From Candidatus Altimarinota bacterium (lineage in GTDB: Bacteria; Patescibacteriota; Gracilibacteria; UBA1369; GCA-2718715): a DNA stretch of 64,000 bases. The notes beneath the pieces were generated by a model, which saw only the letters and a list, made by a program, of their open reading frames with translations, made no database searches and had not been told where the DNA came from. Positions 36,171 to 50,328 of this stretch are shown here, in pieces. Location of the stretch: positions 603,449 through 667,448 of the forward strand of contig JBESAV010000001.1 of assembly GCA_041242255.1 (NCBI GenBank), given 5' to 3'. Position numbers and translations under genes: made by a program. Positions within the stretch are counted from its first letter, which is position 1, and each line of letters starts with the position of its first letter.

Positions 36171-36211
36171 TTAGCACTCCAGATTATAGAGTGCTAATTT
36201 GAATTCGTCAA
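36171..36211 (-). promoter_or_regulatory. CIRCE (HrcA operator) overlapping a consensus sigma70 promoter, minus strand
   Basis: TTAGCACTC-N9-GAGTGCTAA at 36171-36197 is a perfect match to the CIRCE consensus. On the minus strand, TTGACG (36211-36206), 17 nt spacer, TATAAT (36188-36183). The -10 lies in the CIRCE spacer. Confidence 0.75.
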
Positions 36212-36221
36212 TATTTTAACT

Positions 36222-36914
36222 CTATCTACTTTCAATTATCTTATCTACCAAACCATACTTTTTAGCAGCTTCAGCTGGCATGAAGTTATCTCTATCTGTG
36301 TCTTTCTCAACTTGAGAAATCTTCTGACCAGTGTGCTTAGCAATAATCCCATTCAATCTATCTCTAGTCTTAAGAATGTGCTCAGCATGGATAGATATAT
36401 CAGATGCTTGACCCTGAGCTCCACCAAGAGGTTGATGGATCATTACTTCAGCGTTTGGTAAGCAGTACCTCTTTCCGGCAGCACCACCACATAGAAGTAC
36501 AGCTCCCATAGAAGCTGCAATCCCCATACAAACTGTAACTACATCGGGTTTAATCAATTGCATAGTATCATATATAGCCAACCCAGCAGTCACATGCCCA
36601 CCCGGACTTTGTATATACATAGTTATATCTTTCTCAGGATCTTCTTGTTCCAAAAATAAAAGCTGCGAAACAATACTATTAGCAACTTGATCATTTATTC
36701 CACTTCCCAAAACAATAATTCTATCTTTTAAAAGTCTTGAATATATATCGTATGCCCTCTCTCCATTTGCACTCTTTTCAATAACCATTGGAGTCAGAAC
36801 AGTATTTGTCACCGGATTAGCACTTCCATGACCACTATCATTCATAGAAAATCCACTCCCATTATTATGTACAGATGTTAGTACCATATTTTGTTCATTT
36901 AAATCTAACAACAA
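36222..36914 (-). CDS. clpP: ATP-dependent Clp protease proteolytic subunit
   Basis: [17 protein letters not shown], Ser in [11 protein letters not shown] and His in MIHQP. The maximal ORF starts at TTG 36914. ATG alternatives at 36887 or 36845 are more likely, so the start is uncertain. Confidence 0.92.
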   Translation of the reverse strand: MLLDLNEQNMVLTSVHNNGSGFSMNDSGHGSANPVTNTVLTPMVIEKSANGERAYDIYSRLLKDRIIVLGSGINDQVANSIVSQLLFLEQEDPEKDITMYIQSPGGHVTAGLAIYDTMQLIKPDVVTVCMGIAASMGAVLLCGGAAGKRYCLPNAEVMIHQPLGGAQGQASDISIHAEHILKTRDRLNGIIAKHTGQKISQVEKDTDRDNFMPAEAAKKYGLVDKIIESR

Positions 36915-37014
36915 ACATTATAATTCCCATATCTAAAAAAGCCAGCCATCCCACATTTTTAAGAAACTTAAAGAATTACTTTCATGATCCTAAAGCCAAA
37001 ACCCAACTTTAATA

Positions 37015-37114
37015 AAAAAAGTCACAAAAAAGGTTTGACTTAACAACTCCTCTGAGTATAATGCCTATGCTTTCAAACAACAGAGAGACGGAAGGAAGCC
37101 AAGATCATTAACAG
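37015..37114 (+). promoter_or_regulatory. rRNA promoter/leader module copy 1 (16S): TTGACT-16-TATAAT plus boxA-like element
   Basis: -35 at 37035-40 and -10 at 37057-62. boxA-like TGCTTTCAAACAA at 37068-80. Near-identical to 40731-40830. Confidence 0.75.
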
Positions 37115-37206
37115 TTAGTTCACAACAGAGAATTAATCTTGATTGTATTTTAAAAACAATTGAACATTTATAGTTCAGGATTTTAAGCATTATGCTTAGA
37201 ACTTTT

Positions 37207-38688
<1,482 letters not shown>

Positions 38689-38806
38689 TATAGGAGATGC
38701 CACACTCTAGTAATAGAAGTGTCAGGTATGATTGAACGGTAGACTTCATGTCTACGAGACATTCAAGTAATTATTTCTCTGTTGTGCACTGATTGTTAAA
38801 ACATTA

Positions 38807-38832
38807 AAACTACCCTAATAGGTAGTTTTTTT
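38807..38832 (+). terminator. intrinsic terminator downstream of 16S
   Basis: AAACTACCctaataGGTAGTTTttttt, directly after the 16S leader/trailer processing-stem partner (38768-38795). Confidence 0.7.
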
Positions 38833-38872
38833 TGTGTTTTATGTTATAATTATAAGATTTAAATAAATCTTC

Positions 38873-39703
38873 ATGGTTATGATGCCATCATATAGTGATT
38901 TCGAAAGCAATGAAGGAGCTAACCTAAGTCTAGATAACCAAAGTCTTGAGCCAGGAACAGAACTTCTAGATCAAGCAGATATTAATTTTCTGATGGAAGA
39001 GATAGTATCAGTATTAGACGATCCAAAGATAAATAGCCAAGCAATATTCTTAAACAACACCCCTCAAACAAAAGGTGAACTATATGAGTACACTGAAACT
39101 ATATATGGTATTGCTCAGCAAGCATTAATAAATGATTCTGACCTACTAGGAAACGCTCAGCTTTTTAGTCTTTTAGATAAATGTACTCAGATGCTTAAGC
39201 AAAATCTACCAGAATCAGAGCACAAAAACTATCAGACTGCACTTGTTGAATCTTATATGATAGGACTCCAGGCGGGATTATTTCTAGAGGAATCTACAGA
39301 TACAAACCAGACTGAAGAATCACTAGATTTTCAAGATCATTTTTTCTCTCCTGAAGAAGTAGTTAGGGCTATGCAAATGTATGAAAGTTTTGGTCTAAAA
39401 AGAGATGGTGCAATCATCGATAGTATTAATGAGATTAATGTAATTGGGGCTAATGAGTTAAGAACACTAGGCGAAACAATTTATAAATCGTATTCCACTG
39501 CACTAGAAAGAGGTTACCGTCCAACTCCGCTAGACTACGAACTACTATCCGGGATATCAAAAAACCTCAATATACTATCGAGGTCTAATAATTATAACTA
39601 TGCTAATGATATTCTAATTCAAGCTGAGCTTGGTGGAATAGCAGAGCAGACTAGTAAAGCTACAGCTAAGGTACTAAACCAAGATGCTAACTCTTCTTCC
39701 TAA
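38873..39703 (+). CDS. hypothetical protein encoded between 16S and 23S
   Basis: 276-aa ORF with no recognisable domain. Confidence 0.5.
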   Translation: MVMMPSYSDFESNEGANLSLDNQSLEPGTELLDQADINFLMEEIVSVLDDPKINSQAIFLNNTPQTKGELYEYTETIYGIAQQALINDSDLLGNAQLFSLLDKCTQMLKQNLPESEHKNYQTALVESYMIGLQAGLFLEESTDTNQTEESLDFQDHFFSPEEVVRAMQMYESFGLKRDGAIIDSINEINVIGANELRTLGETIYKSYSTALERGYRPTPLDYELLSGISKNLNILSRSNNYNYANDILIQAELGGIAEQTSKATAKVLNQDANSSS

Positions 39704-40088
39704 AGATTTCATTATAAAAATCAACTGAATTAGCTTTGAAGATAAGTCTCCAAGTAAAGAAAACTAAGACAAAAGTTATAAGAATAAATGCTTTTTTGAT
39801 AGGTAAAAATATAGCTAGTATAGGATAACTATATCCACAGAAAGCACAGAAGATAAACACCCCTATTAAACTCATATAAGCCTCAGATACCTCATCTTTT
39901 TCTGCTTTATCTTTATTATACCTTTTATAGGCTTGGTAATTTCTCCGAGCAAACTCAAAGTATCCAAGTATTACAGTAGTATTTGCTAAAACCATCAAGC
40001 CAACCCAAAACCAGTCATTTTGCATACAATCAATAAGAGTCATATACATGCCTTCAGGCCCAGTCATCATCCATTCAATAATACCCAT
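39687..40088 (-). CDS. hypothetical membrane protein
   Basis: 133 aa with three or four predicted TM helices. Confidence 0.5.
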   Translation of the reverse strand: MGIIEWMMTGPEGMYMTLIDCMQNDWFWVGLMVLANTTVILGYFEFARRNYQAYKRYNKDKAEKDEVSEAYMSLIGVFIFCAFCGYSYPILAIFLPIKKAFILITFVLVFFTWRLIFKANSVDFYNEIFRKKS

Positions 40089-40201
40089 TAATAAATATTA
40101 AATTATTCCTAAAATTTATAACTCAAAAACTCTAATCCACAAAGGATTTAAAGCCTCAATAAAGTCAATAGCCTATACAAAAAACACCACTATTTTATAA
40201 G

Positions 40202-40279
40202 TGGTGGGCGATGGAAGACTTGAACTTCCGACCTCTACATTATCAGTGTAGCGCTCTAACCAGGCTGAGCTAATCGCCC
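40202..40279 (-). tRNA. trnI: tRNA-Ile(GAU)
   Basis: GGGCGATTAGCTCAGCCTGGTTAGAGC... with anticodon loop CTGATAA and encoded CCA. Confidence 0.92.
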
Positions 40280-40304
40280 ATGCTTAATCATCAGAATATA
40301 AAAG

Positions 40305-40381
40305 TGGTGGAGCATAACGGAGTCGAACCGTTGACCTCCTGCGTGCAAAGCAGGCGCTCTAGCCAGCTGAGCTAATGCCCC
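40305..40381 (-). tRNA. trnA: tRNA-Ala(UGC)
   Basis: GGGGCATTAGCTCAGCTGG... with the G3:U70 pair, anticodon loop TTTGCAC and encoded CCA. Confidence 0.92.
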
Positions 40382-40498
40382 ACAAATCGGTCTTTAATGA
40401 TCAAAGCACGGTCATCTTACCAATAATCTTTTAAACTGCAAGTAAATTTTCATAAAAATTACATATATAATGAACCTATAATATTTCACATAACAGTA

Positions 40499-40732
40499 AT
40501 GAGAATTTTACTATCTATATTAGGTATCATATCTGGTCTTTTAATAATTAAATATAGAGAACCTATATATAGATTCACTGGAAAGTTTGGTTTTGCAGAG
40601 AAATATTTTGGGAGCGGAGGCACTCTTTCCTTCTATCTAATATTCGGATCTTTTTTAGTCATTTTATCTATAGTTTATGGCTCAGGATTTCTAGAAAATA
40701 TAATCAGTAAGCTCTTTTCTAGGTTTTTCTAA
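40499..40732 (+). CDS. small hypothetical membrane protein
   Basis: 77 aa with two hydrophobic helices. Its stop abuts rRNA promoter copy 2. Confidence 0.4.
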   Translation: MRILLSILGIISGLLIIKYREPIYRFTGKFGFAEKYFGSGGTLSFYLIFGSFLVILSIVYGSGFLENIISKLFSRFF

Positions 40733-40830
40733 AAAAGTCACAAAAAAGGTTTGACTTACTCTTTCGCCTGAGTATAATGCCTATGCTTTCAAACAACAGA
40801 GAGACGGAAGGAAGCCAAGATCATTGACAG
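40731..40830 (+). promoter_or_regulatory. rRNA promoter/leader module copy 2 (23S-5S)
   Basis: -35 TTGACT at 40751-56 and -10 TATAAT at 40773-78. boxA-like TGCTTTCAAACAA at 40784-96. Identical to copy 1 except for the block inside the spacer and 1 nt near the 3' end. Confidence 0.75.
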
Positions 40831-40917
40831 AAAGATGTGAAAAGTAATTTTACTGAAATAACGATAGTAATGATAATTAAAAGACACCAAAAACAAGTAC
40901 TTGTTGAAACAAGTGCT

Positions 40918-43894
<2,977 letters not shown>

Positions 43895-44031
43895 TCAGCT
43901 CAGAGATTTACTTATAAGATCTTGTAGGTAAAAACTTTGTGCTGACATTTAACCAGCTCTTGTCTTAACAAGTTGAGTTAAAAACTATTACTTTTCACAA
44001 TCTTTCTTCAATACTAAGAAGAGAGATTTTA

Positions 44032-44140
44032 CCTTGGTGCTTATAGATGGTGGGGTACACCTGTTCCCATTTCGAACACAGAAGTTAAGCCACTATTCGC
44101 CGATGATACTGTTCAACGGTAAAGTAGGGCGGCGCCAAGG
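44032..44140 (+). rRNA. rrf: 5S ribosomal RNA
   Basis: CCTTGGTGC...CCTGTTCCCATTTCGAACACAGAAGTTAAGC...GGCGCCAAGG with terminal helix complementarity. Confidence 0.92.
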
Positions 44141-44367
44141 TAAAGTCTCTCTTTTTTATTTACAAAAAATACATAATTCTTAATAATAAATTTATATTAA
44201 GAATTTTTTTTATGTCTGAGAAATTACCAGAATCAACGAGTACCGATAAGAATACTGAGAAGAAAGATGTTAATAAAAAAAGACCAGAAGATTTAAGAAG
44301 ATCTTTTAGAGAAGCTTTTGGCAGTCTAATAGATAAAGTAAATATTCCTAAAGACTCAGAAAATAAC

Positions 44368-45105
44368 TCACTTAGCGAAGAAGAGTAAAAACTTCTTATT
44401 TAGCTCTACTAGCATTTTCATAAACATTACATAGACATACACCCTTTCATATAGGTATTCAGATTCAATACCCTCATAGTCCTCAAAATGGGGTTCAACA
44501 GCAATTCTAGCATTTATAATAAGAAATCTAGTAATTCTTTTATAGTGTGATAGCACAAAATCTAACTCAATAGAATTAGGATTTTCGATATATTGCTTCG
44601 TTACCCTTTCCACAAGGATATACAAAGTCTCAAGTTCTTTTAAGTGACGAAATTCTCTTCTCTTAATAAATTCACCTATTTTGTTTGCATGGCTTTGAGA
44701 CATATTAAACACATCACTATCCAATAGATTAGCTATTGCAGGTCTAGTTGATCTCAAGTTAGGAGAGTAAGACAACAAATCTTCAATACCTTTATCCTTG
44801 AACTCGTCTATAACCTCTTTAAAGCAATGCTTTATCTCTATAATTTCTGGATTTAATCCTACATAGTCTAAATCATCCTTAATTTTAGAACCTGGTTTAG
44901 TATCAAGTATAGAATCTTCAATACCATTGAGTACTTCAATAAAACTATAAAAAAGATCAACATCTGTATCCTCTTCTAGAGTTTCTTGTTCAGCCTTATG
45001 GAACTCTTCAAGGTACATTCTCATCTTAGGTTCATGCTCAAACAAAAAATTTCTCATCTCAACAATCCTTTCTTGAAGCTTATTACCTTCTTTTATTCTT
45101 TCCAT
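44368..45105 (-). CDS. hypothetical protein
   Basis: 245-aa acidic, helical ORF, 2 nt downstream of the VirB4-N-like ORF. No P-loop. Confidence 0.5.
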   Translation of the reverse strand: MERIKEGNKLQERIVEMRNFLFEHEPKMRMYLEEFHKAEQETLEEDTDVDLFYSFIEVLNGIEDSILDTKPGSKIKDDLDYVGLNPEIIEIKHCFKEVIDEFKDKGIEDLLSYSPNLRSTRPAIANLLDSDVFNMSQSHANKIGEFIKRREFRHLKELETLYILVERVTKQYIENPNSIELDFVLSHYKRITRFLIINARIAVEPHFEDYEGIESEYLYERVYVYVMFMKMLVELNKKFLLFFAK

Positions 45106-45107
45106 TT

Positions 45108-45797
45108 CTACAGATTTACATCTTGATTTCTTGAAACCTCAGGGTTGTATGAAGAGTAATAAAGCTTAACCAATTCAAGAGTGTTAAGTCTCTTAATTTT
45201 CAAACCACAATTCTCAAGTCCAGATTCAATCGTACTAACTCTTGAATCAAGGCCTTTTTTCAATCTACTAAAATTTTTCTTCTTATAAACATAATCTGAA
45301 TAAGATTCTTTACCTTTCATCCGATCCAAGAATTTACCTAGTAGCGAGCTTTTTTTCTTCACCAAGGCTTCATATGGCACTACTACATAAAATTTCTTTT
45401 CCATAATATCAGCATATTCAAGCAACCTTTTAATGTAATCAACATACTCCAAAGTCTGCTGCTTCAAAAGTTCATTAGTTTGATCATTAGACTTAGCAGA
45501 TAAACTATTCAAATAAGTATCAAGCTCCAGCTTTCTAGACTGAATAACTATCTGAACTGGATGCTCTAGAGTATTTAGAAAAGATTGATAAGAGCTTATA
45601 ATCGCAGTTTGCTCAGCTTCTGATTTTAGATTGAAATTAACAGCACTCACCTCAAGTACAGCCCTAACACCACCATTCTTCAATATAACAGTGTCATTTG
45701 TAATCTCAGATATTCTTAAGTGTCTCTGAGTTGATGAGTTAGCAGCATTTTTTGCTGATTTAACTTTGGCTTTCTTTTCATTCAGAATGGTATTCAT
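45108..45797 (-). CDS. protein resembling the N-terminal (non-ATPase) domain of Gram-positive/CPR VirB4-type T4SS ATPases
   Basis: 229 aa. ITNDTVILKNGGVRAVLEVSAVNFNLKSEAEQTAIISSYQSFLNTLEHPVQIVIQSRKLELDTYL, FYVVVPYE and LELVKLYYSSYNP match, from memory, the conserved N-domain pattern. No Walker motifs. Confidence 0.5.
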   Translation of the reverse strand: MNTILNEKKAKVKSAKNAANSSTQRHLRISEITNDTVILKNGGVRAVLEVSAVNFNLKSEAEQTAIISSYQSFLNTLEHPVQIVIQSRKLELDTYLNSLSAKSNDQTNELLKQQTLEYVDYIKRLLEYADIMEKKFYVVVPYEALVKKKSSLLGKFLDRMKGKESYSDYVYKKKNFSRLKKGLDSRVSTIESGLENCGLKIKRLNTLELVKLYYSSYNPEVSRNQDVNL

Positions 45798-45800
45798 ATT

Positions 45801-46220
45801 TTATAAGTCTAATTTTTTACTAATTTCCTCCAACTCTTCTCGGTTAGTTTTTTTTGGTTCTAAATTAATTTTATCAGATATTCCTACTTCTGGAACCTTG
45901 TTAAACACTGACAAGAAAAATTCATCTTTTTCTTTGAACCAATTTCTTTTTTTAGGCTTGAAAACGTATTCTAACATGTAAAAAAAGAACACATAGAACT
46001 TCATATCGAAAATCTTCACAAACGCCACTGTCAGCGTTATACCAGCCATTACAGCAACCACTGGCCCCCACACCGCAATTCCTATGCCTTGGCTAGCAAA
46101 AAACAAGTATGCGACATAAGTTAGACCTCCACCAATCAAACTTATCGCAAGCTGCATAAAGGTGACAGGACCAACAATAGTATCCTCCCTTTGAACATTT
46201 TGTGGAATTTGATATCTCAT
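45801..46220 (-). CDS. PrgI-like (VirB3-like) small membrane protein
   Basis: 139 aa. N-terminal YQIPQNVQREDTIVGPVTFMQL followed by two TM helices. Located immediately upstream of the VirB4-N-like ORF. Confidence 0.55.
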   Translation of the reverse strand: MRYQIPQNVQREDTIVGPVTFMQLAISLIGGGLTYVAYLFFASQGIGIAVWGPVVAVMAGITLTVAFVKIFDMKFYVFFFYMLEYVFKPKKRNWFKEKDEFFLSVFNKVPEVGISDKINLEPKKTNREELEEISKKLDL

Positions 46221-46338
46221 ACATTGAATTAATCATATAATTATACCAGAAAATAAGCATTGAAGCAAAACCCATACTAGCTTGAAGCAATAGACTTTTT
46301 CCCATTAATTCATTACATTACAGAAAAATAAACTTTAT

Positions 46339-48153
46339 ATGACAAAAAATATTAGAAATTTCTCCATCATTGCACATATTGACCATGGGAAATCAACACT
46401 TGCAGATCGTATGCTTGAAATGACAAGCACTCTAAATCAACATCAAATGAAGCATGATCAAATGCTTGATACTATGGATTTAGAGCAAGAAAGAGGAATT
46501 ACCATCAAACTTCAGCCGGTTCGCATGAAGCACAAAAAAGATGGGCAAGAGTATATTTTGAATCTTATTGATACTCCAGGTCATGTGGATTTTGCATATG
46601 AAGTATCTAGAAGTTTAGCCGCCTGTGAAGGAGCAATCCTAGTAGTTGACGCCAGTCAAGGAATAGAAGCCCAAACTTTGGCTAATACATACATGGCCTT
46701 AGAGCATGATCTAGAAATCATACCAGTCCTAAACAAAATAGATCTTCCTCAGGCAAACCCAGAAAAAGTTGCCCAAGAAATCTCCGATGTTCTTGGGATT
46801 GATACATCTGAAATATTGTCAATTTCTGCCAAAAACGGAACAAACGTAGACAAGTTACTTGACCAAATCATTGAAAAAGTTCCAGCTCCAAATCATACTG
46901 AAAGCCCAGAGAGTAAAGCTTTAGTCTTTGATTCAGTTTACGATCCATACAAAGGAGTAGTAACCTTTGTAAGGGTAGTTCAAGGAGAAATAGCCAAAAA
47001 AGATAAAGTAACACTTTTAAATACAAGAAATGATTTCGAAGTTCTAGAGGTTGGTTACTTTAGCCCATCATACTTAGAGTCAAAGTCCTTGAAAGAAGGT
47101 GAAGTTGGATATATTGTTACTGGGTTTAAATCAGTTGGTGAGGCCAGAGTAGGGGACACCATCTGGAAAACAACCGACAAAAAGTCTGCTCCTCTTGAGG
47201 AAGCTAAACCTCTTCCAGGTTATGAAAAAGTTAATCCATTTGTATTCGCAAGTATATATTGTACTGACTCAAGCGATTATCCATTACTTAGAGATGCCTT
47301 AGATAAACTAAGCCTTAACGACTCAGCCGTAACTTTTGAACCAGAAAGGTCTGGTGCACTAGGAAACGGATTCAGGTGCGGGTTCTTAGGGTTACTTCAT
47401 TTGGATATCGTTCAAGAAAGGTTAGAACGAGAGTATGACCTAGATCTAGTTGTGACAGCTCCATCCGTTTCGTATTACGTAAACAAAAATGATGGTGAAA
47501 AAATCCTAGTATCAAACCCTTCCCAACTACCAGATCCAGCTTATATAGATAGTTTAGAGGAGCCTTGGGTTAAGACAGAAATTATGGTTCCATCAGAGTA
47601 CATTGGACCAGTCATGACCCTTTGCCAAGATAAGCGAGGTGTGAGTAAAGGAATGGATTATCTAAATAACGACAGAGTAATCATCAAACATGAGCTACCT
47701 TTAGCTAGTTTAGTATTAGACTTTTACGATAGGTTAAAAAGCTCTACTTCAGGTTATGCTTCACTAAGTTACGAGTTCATGGAATACAGACAAGGTGATC
47801 TAGTTAAGCTAGACATATTAGTAAACAAAGAAACTGTTGATGCACTTGCCAACATTGTTCACAGATCTGAAAGTCAAACTTTAGGTAAAACCATTGCAAA
47901 AAGACTTAAAAAACTAATACCAAGAGCACAGTTTGAAATACCAATTCAAGCTTCAATTGGCTCACACGTTATCGCAAGGGAAACTATTCCTGCTTTCCGT
48001 AAAGATGTAACTGCCAAGTTATATGGAGGTGATGTTACTCGTAAAAACAAACTATTGAAAAAGCAGAAAGAAGGTAAAAAGAGAATGAAACAAGTTGGAA
48101 GTGTAAACATACCGCAAAAAGCCTTCCTAGCAGTTCTACAAAAAGATGATTAA
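46339..48153 (+). CDS. lepA: translation elongation factor 4
   Basis: 604 aa. [33 protein letters not shown] and the LepA-specific C-terminal domain. Confidence 0.98.
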   Translation: MTKNIRNFSIIAHIDHGKSTLADRMLEMTSTLNQHQMKHDQMLDTMDLEQERGITIKLQPVRMKHKKDGQEYILNLIDTPGHVDFAYEVSRSLAACEGAILVVDASQGIEAQTLANTYMALEHDLEIIPVLNKIDLPQANPEKVAQEISDVLGIDTSEILSISAKNGTNVDKLLDQIIEKVPAPNHTESPESKALVFDSVYDPYKGVVTFVRVVQGEIAKKDKVTLLNTRNDFEVLEVGYFSPSYLESKSLKEGEVGYIVTGFKSVGEARVGDTIWKTTDKKSAPLEEAKPLPGYEKVNPFVFASIYCTDSSDYPLLRDALDKLSLNDSAVTFEPERSGALGNGFRCGFLGLLHLDIVQERLEREYDLDLVVTAPSVSYYVNKNDGEKILVSNPSQLPDPAYIDSLEEPWVKTEIMVPSEYIGPVMTLCQDKRGVSKGMDYLNNDRVIIKHELPLASLVLDFYDRLKSSTSGYASLSYEFMEYRQGDLVKLDILVNKETVDALANIVHRSESQTLGKTIAKRLKKLIPRAQFEIPIQASIGSHVIARETIPAFRKDVTAKLYGGDVTRKNKLLKKQKEGKKRMKQVGSVNIPQKAFLAVLQKDD

Positions 48154-48869
48154 GCCTTAGTATCTAAGAGCTTTTTCACATACTGCATTTCTTCGGTAGA
48201 AAGCTCTTTGTATTGACCAGGTTCAAGATCACCTATAGAAATTTCCCCAGCTCTTATCCTTTTTAGCTTATGTATCTTAATATCAAGCATTCTACACATC
48301 CTACGGATCTGTCTGTTTCTACCTTCTTTTAGAATTATCCCAAATTTCCTAGATGAAATTCTATATACCTCAGCTGGACGAGTTGTATATCCATCTAAAC
48401 GGAATTCATCACTTAGATCTTCCAACTCATAATCTTTAATAGGTCTAGCGGCTGTAACTTCATATTCTTTTTCTTTTTCAAACTTAGGATGAGTCATCTT
48501 ATAAACAAGACGTCCATCATTTGTCATTAAAAGTAGTCCTTCTGACATTTTATCAAGTCTCCCAACATAAGTAACACCATCAGGTATACCTTCAAGAACT
48601 TCGTAAATAGTACCTTTTACTTCATCTTTGATAACACACTCTAGTCCAACCGGTTTATTTAACTTTATGTAGACCCTTTCATCTTTCAGTCTCTCTAAAG
48701 TTTCTTCGTTTACAACAACTTCATCACTAGCAGGATCTATTTTTACCCCCATTTCAGTAACAACTTTTCCATTTACTTTAACACTACCATCAGCAATTAG
48801 ATCATCCGCACCTCTCCTTGATGCAATTCCTCTTTGCTGTATATATTTATTTAATCTTATTAAACTCAT
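48150..48869 (-). CDS. rluB: rRNA pseudouridine synthase, RsuA/RluB family
   Basis: 239 aa. S4 domain [21 protein letters not shown] and catalytic [17 protein letters not shown]. Confidence 0.88.
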   Translation of the reverse strand: MSLIRLNKYIQQRGIASRRGADDLIADGSVKVNGKVVTEMGVKIDPASDEVVVNEETLERLKDERVYIKLNKPVGLECVIKDEVKGTIYEVLEGIPDGVTYVGRLDKMSEGLLLMTNDGRLVYKMTHPKFEKEKEYEVTAARPIKDYELEDLSDEFRLDGYTTRPAEVYRISSRKFGIILKEGRNRQIRRMCRMLDIKIHKLKRIRAGEISIGDLEPGQYKELSTEEMQYVKKLLDTKA

Positions 48870-48979
48870 CTATCTTTTTAAATCTATGCTAAATCATAAC
48901 ACACTTGTAAAAACTATCAATTTATTTGGTCAAAACAAATAATGAGTATAGATTATATAAAACATTTAACTTAAAATTT

Positions 48980-49891
48980 ATGGAATTCTTATTTGTAGGA
49001 TTTATCCTATTAGTAATGTTTATCTTTAGCTTCTTCTTTATTGTAAACACAAAAGAAGCTGCAGTTATTGAAACTTTTGGTAAATTCTCAAGTATCGCTG
49101 AAGCTGGTTTAAGAGTAAAAATACCTTTAATTCAAAGAATAGCAGGGAAGTTAAATCTAAAAATCCTAGAACTACCTGTAACGGTTGAAACTAAAACCAA
49201 AGATGACGTATTTGTAAAAGTAGTTATCAGTGTACAGTACATGGTTTCACCAGGTTTAGACAACATTGAGCAAGCTTTCTATTCACTAGATAACCCTGCT
49301 CGCCAGATAACAAGTTATGTATTTGATACTGTTAGATCTGAAGTTCCTGGACTAGAACTTGATGAGGTTTTTGAAGAAAAAGCCAGAATCGCTGTAAGTA
49401 TTGAGAAAGAGCTAAACGAAGTTATGAAAGGTTATGGATACACTATTGTTAAATCACTTGTAACAGACATCGACCCAGATCAAAAAGTTAAAAATGCAAT
49501 GAATGAAATCAATGCATCTAAACGTCTCAAGGAAGCAGCACGTGAAAAAGCAGAAGCCGAAAAAATTCAAGTGGTTGCAATAGCTGAAGCTGACGCAGAA
49601 AGTAAAAGACTTCAAGGTGAAGGTATAGCCAATCAAAGAAAAGCAATCGCCAACGGTCTTCAAGAGTCTGCCGAAGACTTACAACAGGCCATTCCTGGAA
49701 GTGACGCTATGACAGTTATGAACCTTCTAATGGTAACTCAATACTTCGACACACTACAGGAAATGGCTAAATCAGGAGTAAATACTGTTTTCATGCCATC
49801 TAACCCGGGTGCTATCAACAACTACAGTGATGAAATCATGAAAGCCATGATCGGAGCTGATGTACACAACACTACTCAAAAACAAAAATAA
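48980..49891 (+). CDS. SPFH/band-7 (stomatin/prohibitin-like) membrane protein
   Basis: N-terminal TM helix then an SPFH core (AAVIETFGKF...VKIPLIQRI...) and a coiled-coil tail. The ATG at 48980 is preferred over the TTG at 48926 in the ORF track. Confidence 0.85.
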   Translation: MEFLFVGFILLVMFIFSFFFIVNTKEAAVIETFGKFSSIAEAGLRVKIPLIQRIAGKLNLKILELPVTVETKTKDDVFVKVVISVQYMVSPGLDNIEQAFYSLDNPARQITSYVFDTVRSEVPGLELDEVFEEKARIAVSIEKELNEVMKGYGYTIVKSLVTDIDPDQKVKNAMNEINASKRLKEAAREKAEAEKIQVVAIAEADAESKRLQGEGIANQRKAIANGLQESAEDLQQAIPGSDAMTVMNLLMVTQYFDTLQEMAKSGVNTVFMPSNPGAINNYSDEIMKAMIGADVHNTTQKQK

Positions 49892-50328
49892 TGAGACATA
49901 AACTTATACCAGCCTGCTACATCATTTTAATTAAAGACAAAAAAGTTCTTATGGTAGAGCGCTTTAATACTGGATATAAAGATGGTTTCTTAAGCCTTCC
50001 AGCTGGACATGTCGAACACAAAGAAGATGTTAAAAAAGCTGTTATACGTGAAGCTAAAGAAGAAATTAATGTTGATTTAGAACCTGAAGACATTCAAGAA
50101 AAAATTATTCTACATAGATATAATGATCCTAAAGATTTTGAATACATCGATTTCTTCTTCACGGCAAATAAATGGTTAGGAGAAATAAAAAATAATGAAG
50201 CTGACAAGTGCAGCCAATTAGTATGGGCTGATTTAAATCACTTAGAAGAGTACAAAGTCATTCCGTATATAAAATATGTTCTAGATAATCTGGATGATAC
50301 TCTCAAATTTCTAGAAATAGAGAACTAG
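49891..50328 (+). CDS. NUDIX hydrolase
   Basis: 145 aa with Nudix box GHVEHKEDVKKAVIREAKEEINV. Confidence 0.88.
   Translation: MRHKLIPACYIILIKDKKVLMVERFNTGYKDGFLSLPAGHVEHKEDVKKAVIREAKEEINVDLEPEDIQEKIILHRYNDPKDFEYIDFFFTANKWLGEIKNNEADKCSQLVWADLNHLEEYKVIPYIKYVLDNLDDTLKFLEIEN

Noticed and set aside
44212-44388. 58-codon charged ORF (MSEKLPESTSTDKNTEKKDV…) just downstream of 5S rRNA
   Set aside because: Low-complexity Lys/Glu/Ser composition, overlaps the 3' end of the minus-strand 245-aa ORF, and has no motif.
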